NCBI GenBank assembly: GCA_017403145.1
Contig: JAFQOO010000005.1
Coordinates: forward strand, 107,141 to 171,140
DNA length: 64,000 nt
From: Clostridia bacterium
GTDB taxonomy: Bacteria; Bacillota; Clostridia; Christensenellales; DTU072
Reading direction: 5' to 3'
Part shown: one piece after another, positions 30,783 through 33,947 of the stretch
Numbering within the stretch: the first letter of the stretch is position 1
How the letters are laid out: each line of letters begins with the position of its first letter
The notes under the pieces: generated by a model
Seen by the model: the letters and a program-made list of their open reading frames with translations, nothing else
The model's database searches: none
What the model was told of the DNA's origin: nothing
Translations under genes and position numbers: made by a program

Positions 30783-31069
30783 GGCGCAAAATTCGTAATC
30801 TTCTAAAATGAATTGTGGGGCAAAACTTGAAAAAATAGTATTAAAATTTCTCAGCAAAAATGCGGGCAATCGTTCATATAAATTTATAAGCAAATTAATA
30901 AAATGGATTTAAGTTCCAGCAAAATAAAAATCAAAAAAATCATCAATTTCTCTAAAAGATTATAGCTTGAATTTTTATAAAATCAACGACTGATAATACG
31001 AATAATTTATTAAATTCAAATGTCTGAGAAAAATTTTACGAATAGATTTGAAATTTTTTTTAAATTTTT

Positions 31070-31115
31070 CGAAATCGTTAGGTTTTACCGAAATATTTGA
31101 GAAAATCACCGAAAT
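31070..31115. repeat. Three phased CGAAAT words (spacing 19 and 21 bp)
   Basis: CGAAAT occurs at 31070-31075, 31089-31094 and 31110-31115. The last two are embedded in ACCGAAAT. The set lies directly left of the 28-bp palindrome. Confidence 0.5.
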
Positions 31116-31137
31116 CTACCCCTCTCGTTTTGCTATC

Positions 31138-31165
31138 TATTCGCAAAATCGGTGTTTTGCGAATA
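31138..31165. other. Perfect 28-bp palindrome with 11-6-11 architecture; candidate Xer/dif-type recombination core site
   Basis: TATTCGCAAAA (31138-31148), TCGGTG (31149-31154), TTTTGCGAATA (31155-31165). The arms are exact reverse complements. Confidence 0.5.
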
Positions 31166-31276
31166 AATGCACACGTGTAAAGGTGATAAAAATCCTTGCT
31201 CCCTACCCAATTTAATCAAAATTTATCACCACCTTTTCTTATTTTTATAAGAACGTACGTTGAAGTAGGAACACTT

Positions 31277-31402
31277 TTACCCTACCAAACGAAAGCAAAG
31301 CCAAGACCGGCAATAGTTCCAGCTAATAGAACTAAAAAAAACAAGAGCTACTACAATAGCAATAGTATTCTTTTTCTTATTTGACACGTTTTTGTAATTC
31401 AT
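31277..31402 (-). CDS. Mini-ORF A, 41 codons (MNYKNVSNKKKNTIAIVVALVFFSSISWNYCRSWLCFRLVG); probably a frameshifted copy of a hydrophobic peptide gene
   Basis: SD AAGGAG lies 7 nt upstream of ATG 31402, and the stop is at 31277-31279. An A8 run at 31334-31341 shifts the frame relative to copy B. Confidence 0.35.
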   Translation of the reverse strand: MNYKNVSNKKKNTIAIVVALVFFSSISWNYCRSWLCFRLVG

Positions 31403-31429
31403 ATTTTTCTCCTTTTAAGGTTTTAATTG

Positions 31430-31458
31430 TTGACAAATAAAGTTATTAAATATATAAT
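31430..31458 (+). promoter_or_regulatory. Consensus sigma-A promoter of small RNA A
   Basis: TTGACA (31430-31435), exactly 17 nt, TATAAT (31453-31458). Confidence 0.75.
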
Positions 31459-31464
31459 CATTAA

Positions 31465-31560
31465 TAGTGAATTAACACTTATTTCGCTTCCTATACAGCG
31501 ATTAGTAAGCATAGTGCCTTACACCAAGCAATGGTCCAATAAACCATTGCTTTTATTTTT
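31465..31560 (+). ncRNA. Candidate small RNA A (about 96 nt, no ORF)
   Basis: The start is inferred about 7 nt after the -10 element. Internal short hairpins are CGCT/AGCG and GTAAG/CTTAC. The terminator AAGCAATGG (31526-31534) / CCATTGCTT (31544-31552) is followed by TTATTTTT. Confidence 0.6.
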
Positions 31561-31655
31561 ATATAAATCTTTAATTTTTCGTTTATCATTTTCTTATTTT
31601 TATAAGAACGTATGTTGAAGTAGGAACACTTTTACCCTACCAAACGAAAGCAAAG

Positions 31656-31760
31656 TCAAGACCCGGCAATAGTTCCAGCTAATAGAACTAAAGAAAGAAC
31701 AAGAGCCACTACCAATAGAGCAGTATTCTTTTTCTTATTTGACACGTTTTTGTAGTTCAT
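31656..31760 (-). CDS. Mini-ORF B, 34 codons (MNYKNVSNKKKNTALLVVALVLSLVLLAGTIAGS); basic N-terminus plus one TM-like segment
   Basis: SD AAGGAA lies upstream of ATG 31760, with TGA at 31656-31658. An extra G relative to copy A (GACCCGGC vs GACCGGC) cuts off the shared hydrophobic tail. Confidence 0.4.
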   Translation of the reverse strand: MNYKNVSNKKKNTALLVVALVLSLVLLAGTIAGS

Positions 31761-31786
31761 TTTTTTTCCTTTTAAGGTTTTGATTG

Positions 31787-31815
31787 TTGACAAATAAAGT
31801 TATTAAATATATAAT
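31787..31815 (+). promoter_or_regulatory. Consensus sigma-A promoter of small RNA B
   Basis: TTGACA (31787-31792), 17 nt, TATAAT (31810-31815). The spacer is identical to promoter A. Confidence 0.75.
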
Positions 31816-31821
31816 CATAAA

Positions 31822-31915
31822 TAGTGAGTTTACACTTAAAGCGCTTATTTAGCGGTGAGAAGTAATACCACACACTTCCATGCAATGGTTTAATAGCCAT
31901 TGCTTTTATTTTTAT
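31822..31915 (+). ncRNA. Candidate small RNA B (about 94 nt), a diverged paralogue of A
   Basis: It shares the 5' AATAGTGA..ACACTTA segment with A. Its hairpins are CGCT/AGCG and GAAGT/ACTTC. The terminator GCAATGG (31882-31888) / CCATTGC (31897-31903) is followed by TTTTATTTTT. Confidence 0.6.
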
Positions 31916-31975
31916 AAAGATTTTTAATCTTTCTCTTATCATTTTCTTATTTTTCCCCTTTTAAGGTTCTAATTG

Positions 31976-32005
31976 TTGACATATACATATTCAAATGATT
32001 ATAAT
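31976..32005 (+). promoter_or_regulatory. Consensus sigma-A promoter of small RNA D
   Basis: TTGACA (31976-31981), 18 nt, TATAAT (32000-32005). The upstream flank is homologous to units A and B, but the peptide ORF is missing. Confidence 0.7.
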
Positions 32006-32011
32006 AATTGA

Positions 32012-32089
32012 TGTGAGAGTCAGGTTCATCTGACCGTGATAATTAAATCCCACTCACAAGAGAGCATTTAATTGCTCTCTTTATTTTTT
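32012..32089 (+). ncRNA. Candidate small RNA D (about 78 nt)
   Basis: TGTGAG (32012-32017) pairs with CTCACA (32053-32058), enclosing the hairpin GTCAG/CTGAC. The terminator AGAGAGCA (32059-32066) / TGCTCTCT (32073-32080) is followed by TTATTTTTT. Confidence 0.55.
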
Positions 32090-32126
32090 ATTTCGATGTT
32101 TAGTAGAAATTTTCTTCATATCCCAC

Positions 32127-32267
32127 TTAAAGTCGGTTTGGTTGGTAATCGGTATCAGCTACAAGTTCGATATTCTTACCCATTACGTCTTTAACGAACA
32201 GTTTCTTCGTTACTCTATCATTTTCCTCATTTACAACCGCTTTAGTTAAAAATTTAATCTTACTCAT
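32127..32267 (-). CDS. Hypothetical 46-codon ORF (MSKIKFLTKAVVNEENDRVTKKLFVKDVMGKNIELVADTDYQPNRL); doubtful
   Basis: It is shorter than the smallest entry in the ORF track and was found by manual translation. There is no recognisable SD. Confidence 0.15.
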   Translation of the reverse strand: MSKIKFLTKAVVNEENDRVTKKLFVKDVMGKNIELVADTDYQPNRL

Positions 32268-32283
32268 AATTGCAATTTTTATC

Positions 32284-32312
32284 TTGACTTTTTGTGAATA
32301 ATTGAATATACT
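32284..32312 (+). promoter_or_regulatory. Sigma-A-type promoter of small RNA E
   Basis: TTGACT (32284-32289), 17 nt, TATACT (32307-32312). Confidence 0.65.
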
Positions 32313-32318
32313 AATAAT

Positions 32319-32385
32319 GACAAAAGTAAATATTAAATTTCTTTTCCCACAGGGCAGTAATAATAACCTGTGGGATTCTTTTTTA
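32319..32385 (+). ncRNA. Candidate small RNA E (about 67 nt)
   Basis: CCCACAGG (32346-32353) pairs with CCTGTGGG (32367-32374) and is followed by ATTCTTTTTT. It converges on the 3' end of the minus-strand ORF 32383-32565. Confidence 0.5.
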
Positions 32386-32565
32386 ATTTATTTTTCTTTT
32401 TGCAAAAGCTTTAATAGAATCTGATTGCTTCTTGCTTAAATGCCTTTTTGAAATTTCATTAACATTAGAATCTTGTAAATTAATAGGTTTACCATTTATG
32501 TTTTTATCATAAAAAGAATTATGTACACCGGATACAACTTCAAATTCCTTAAACTTCATCGGCAT
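32383..32565 (-). CDS. Hypothetical small basic protein, about 60 aa (MPMKFKEFEVVSGVHNSFYDKNINGKPINLQDSNVNEISKRHLSKKQSDSIKAFAKRKIN)
   Basis: The track ORF 32383-32640 was shortened because a TTGACT-17-TATACT plus-strand promoter occupies its first 25 codons. ATG 32565 has a weak AAAGG upstream. Confidence 0.3.
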   Translation of the reverse strand: MPMKFKEFEVVSGVHNSFYDKNINGKPINLQDSNVNEISKRHLSKKQSDSIKAFAKRKIN

Positions 32566-32616
32566 AATAAAACCTTTGCTTACTTGTTGAAATCTCTTTT
32601 TATCTTTAGTATATAC

Positions 32617-32645
32617 TTGACTTATATATGCTATTAGCATATACT
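32617..32645 (+). promoter_or_regulatory. Sigma-A-type promoter of small RNA F
   Basis: TTGACT (32617-32622), 17 nt, TATACT (32640-32645). These are the same hexamers as promoter E. Confidence 0.65.
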
Positions 32646-32651
32646 ATCAAT

Positions 32652-32717
32652 AAAGACAGTGGCCTGCCGTGAAAACGGATGTGAGCATCGGAAGTATTTT
32701 CGGCTGTCTTATTTTTT
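32652..32717 (+). ncRNA. Candidate small RNA F (about 66 nt, one closed three-way structure)
   Basis: AAGACAG (32653-32659) pairs with CTGTCTT (32704-32710) and is followed by ATTTTTT. Inside are CCGT-GAAA-ACGG (a GNRA tetraloop hairpin) and CGGAA/TTTCG. Confidence 0.5.
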
Positions 32718-32764
32718 ATGCCTTTTTATCAACTCTTTATCATAATCACTTCTTAAAGCAAATA

Positions 32765-32935
32765 AAAGATAGCCGAGGCTCTCCAGCCCTCTATGCGTTT
32801 GAAGTGAGGATTCTGGCAAGTATAGTGGTCTTGCCAACACGGGGCACAAGGGAGTGTCCCTTGAGGCATAACAGGGACCACCTCTTGGTCTTCTTAACTC
32901 CCCTTTTGTCGGTGTCGCTTGCGCGCGAGAGTATA
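32765..32935. ncRNA. GC-rich, multi-hairpin element of unknown class (candidate structured RNA; strand unresolved)
   Basis: This is a sharp GC-rich patch in AT-rich intergenic DNA. Perfect hairpins lie at 32814-32820/32830-32836 (7 bp), 32847-32853/32857-32863 (7 bp) and 32874-32880/32886-32892 (7 bp, two of them G-U on the plus strand). Possible closing helices are 32801-32810/32892-32901 and 32772-32776/32909-32913. Terminator-like hairpins flank it on both strands. Confidence 0.4.
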
Positions 32936-32971
32936 AAAAAAGACAGGCTCTTGTGTCCTGTCTTAATTTTT
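32935..32971. terminator. Bidirectional intrinsic terminator
   Basis: AAGACAGG (32940-32947) pairs with CCTGTCTT (32957-32964). An A7 run lies upstream, giving a U7 tail on the minus strand after the 91-aa ORF. AATTTTT lies downstream on the plus strand. Confidence 0.65.
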
Positions 32972-33245
32972 AATCCACTATTGGATATTCTATATAATCA
33001 ATAATTTCAATTAAAGGTTTATTATTTATTTTAAATTCTAAAAGTAAAGCATCTATTGTATTAAACGTTTTATTATAAATCTCGTTTATATAAATATCTA
33101 CACCTTTCCCATCTTTAGTTATAATTAAATAATCTTTATGATTATATTGAAAATCAATTGAATACGAGCTTTTAAAGCTATCATATAACATATTAATAAA
33201 ATCTATTGAGTCTTGAACATCAGTGTATTTTTTAATATCAATCAT
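32970..33245 (-). CDS. Hypothetical acidic 91-aa protein (immunity/antitoxin-like second gene of a decayed bicistron)
   Basis: A clean ORF with GGAG 12 nt upstream and a strong terminator directly after the stop. The start ATG is embedded in ATGA with one reading frame of the upstream decayed gene. No recognisable family. Confidence 0.5.
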   Translation of the reverse strand: MIDIKKYTDVQDSIDFINMLYDSFKSSYSIDFQYNHKDYLIITKDGKGVDIYINEIYNKTFNTIDALLLEFKINNKPLIEIIDYIEYPIVD

Positions 33246-33554
33246 TTTATCACAAATCTCCTTTTCTTTTTAGCTTTATCAAATTCACGTTGCTCTTTTT
33301 TGTTAATTTCCTTTCTGAAGAACGAATAGGACCATTATAATCATGAGTATGGTCACTATTATTATGATTATTATGAGGTCTATTATATTCTTTATTCAAG
33401 GAACCTTTATCACCGACTTTCTTTCGCTGAATCCAGTTTTACTATGATAAACATCTATATTAGTATTAGGCTCTCCATAAATAGGCATCCTCGAAACAAT
33501 TTTTTTCAAACCTTTTGCATTAATTAATAATAAATCGTGTTTATGCTTTGACAT
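33242..33554 (-). pseudogene. Frameshifted small basic protein gene upstream of the 91-aa ORF
   Basis: Strong SD AAGGAG lies 7 nt before ATG 33554. Frame 1 (MSKHKHDLLLINAKGLKKIVSRMPIYGEPNTNIDVYHSKTGFSERKSVIKVP) stops at 33396. The -1 frame stays open across that stop (..VGDKGSLNKEYNRPHNNHNNSDHTHDYNGPIRSSERKLTKK..) and continues to 33250. A third frame ends in the ATGA overlap at 33242-33245. Confidence 0.45.
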
Positions 33555-33612
33555 AATTATACTCCTTTTGTGTCATAAAATCAATATGGTAAATCATCGT
33601 TATTATCATCAA

Positions 33613-33706
33613 CCGGCAATAGTTCTAGCTAGAGAACTAAAGAAAAACAAGAGCTACTACAATAGCAATAGTATTTTTTCTTATTTGACACGTTTTTTAA
33701 TTCATA
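33613..33706 (-). pseudogene. Dead third copy of the hydrophobic-peptide mini-gene
   Basis: It is homologous to ORF A and B, but ATG AAT TAA gives a stop at codon 3 through a 1-nt deletion. There is a further 2-nt deletion, and the 3' end is truncated at 33613. Confidence 0.5.
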
Positions 33707-33734
33707 TTTTTCTCCTTTTTAAGGTTTTAATTGT

Positions 33735-33763
33735 TGACAAATAAAAATATTAGATATATAATC
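33735..33763 (+). promoter_or_regulatory. Consensus sigma-A promoter of small RNA C
   Basis: TTGACA (33735-33740), 17 nt, TATAAT (33758-33763). Confidence 0.75.
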
Positions 33764-33769
33764 ATTAAT

Positions 33770-33866
33770 AGTGAATTAACACTTATTTCGCTTCTCACAG
33801 CGATTAGTAAGCATTGTGCCTTACACCAAGCAATGGTCCAATAAACCATTGCTTTTATTTTTTATA
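33770..33866 (+). ncRNA. Candidate small RNA C (about 97 nt), a near-identical paralogue of A
   Basis: It differs from A only in a hairpin loop (TCTCAC vs TCCTATACA) and one other base. The terminator AAGCAATGG (33829-33837) / CCATTGCTT (33847-33855) is followed by TTATTTTTT. Confidence 0.6.
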
Positions 33867-33897
33867 AGCATCCCCTATTTTTTTATTGTTTAGTATT

Positions 33898-33928
33898 TTA
33901 AGCAAAAATTCATTGTATTTTGCGAATA
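33898..33928. other. Degenerate copy of the 28-bp site, abutting the recombinase gene
   Basis: TTTAGCAAAAA (33898-33908), a 9-nt spacer TTCATTGTA, then TTTTGCGAATA (33918-33928). The right arm is identical to 31155-31165. Confidence 0.35.
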
Positions 33929-33941
33929 GTCGTGTTATTAT
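33913..33941 (+). promoter_or_regulatory. Putative extended -10 promoter of the recombinase gene (leaderless mRNA)
   Basis: TTGTAT (33913-33918), 17 nt, TGtTATTAT (hexamer at 33936-33941). ATG 33948 begins 7 nt after the hexamer, with no SD. The right arm of the site lies in the spacer. Confidence 0.4.
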
Positions 33942-33947
33942 TTTAGT

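Larger units (their letters stand above)
31234..31981. repeat. Tandem repeat, period 354-355 bp, about 2.1 copies (peptide ORF + promoter + small RNA modules)
   Basis: The word TTTTCTTATTTTT starts at 31234, 31589 and 31943. The peptide-ORF, promoter and terminator segments are near-identical between units, while the RNA bodies have diverged. A dispersed damaged copy lies at 33613-33866. Confidence 0.9.
31166..33897. mobile_element. Candidate integrated element (IMEX-like) bounded by the 28-bp palindrome and its degenerate copy
   Basis: The direct repeat TTTTGCGAATA occurs at 31155-31165 and 33918-33928. The interior is AT-rich accessory DNA with decayed genes and repeats, the flanks are core genes, and a tyrosine recombinase gene abuts the right end. 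Confidence 0.3.

Noticed and set aside
31465-31560. Extensive base-pairing between small RNA A and the adjacent peptide mRNA (a classical cis-antisense antitoxin)
   Set aside because: If the peptide mRNA starts at the minus-strand TATATT that overlaps the plus -10 element, the two transcripts do not overlap. Manual search gave only 7-nt complementary words. The antitoxin role is therefore kept as a hypothesis, not a call.
31196-31618. Track ORFs 31196-31384 and 31427-31618 on the plus strand inside the tandem modules
   Set aside because: Both start at TTG without an SD. They cross a consensus promoter and a terminator, or run antisense to the SD-preceded mini-ORFs. Their sequence is not conserved as protein between repeat units, because indels shift the frames.
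32790-32935. Minus-strand reading frame across the GC-rich element encoding ...LVPRVGKTTILARILTSNA* (Walker-A-like), i.e. a relic of an AAA+ ATPase gene
   Set aside because: The stretch lacks the first glycine of GxxxxGK(T/S). The frame is only about 50 codons long, with no start or SD. It remains an alternative explanation to test by translated homology search, but the evidence was too thin to call a pseudogene.
32669-33004. 111-codon plus-strand ORF from the track (MKTDVSIGSIF...)
   Set aside because: It has a GTG start without an SD. It runs straight through the RNA F terminator, the GC-rich hairpin cluster and the bidirectional terminator. Its composition looks like translated structured or non-coding DNA.
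31234-33866. CRISPR array as an explanation for the repeats
   Set aside because: The repeat period is about 355 bp, not 60-75 bp. There are no short direct repeats with unique spacers of uniform size, and there are no cas genes in the window.
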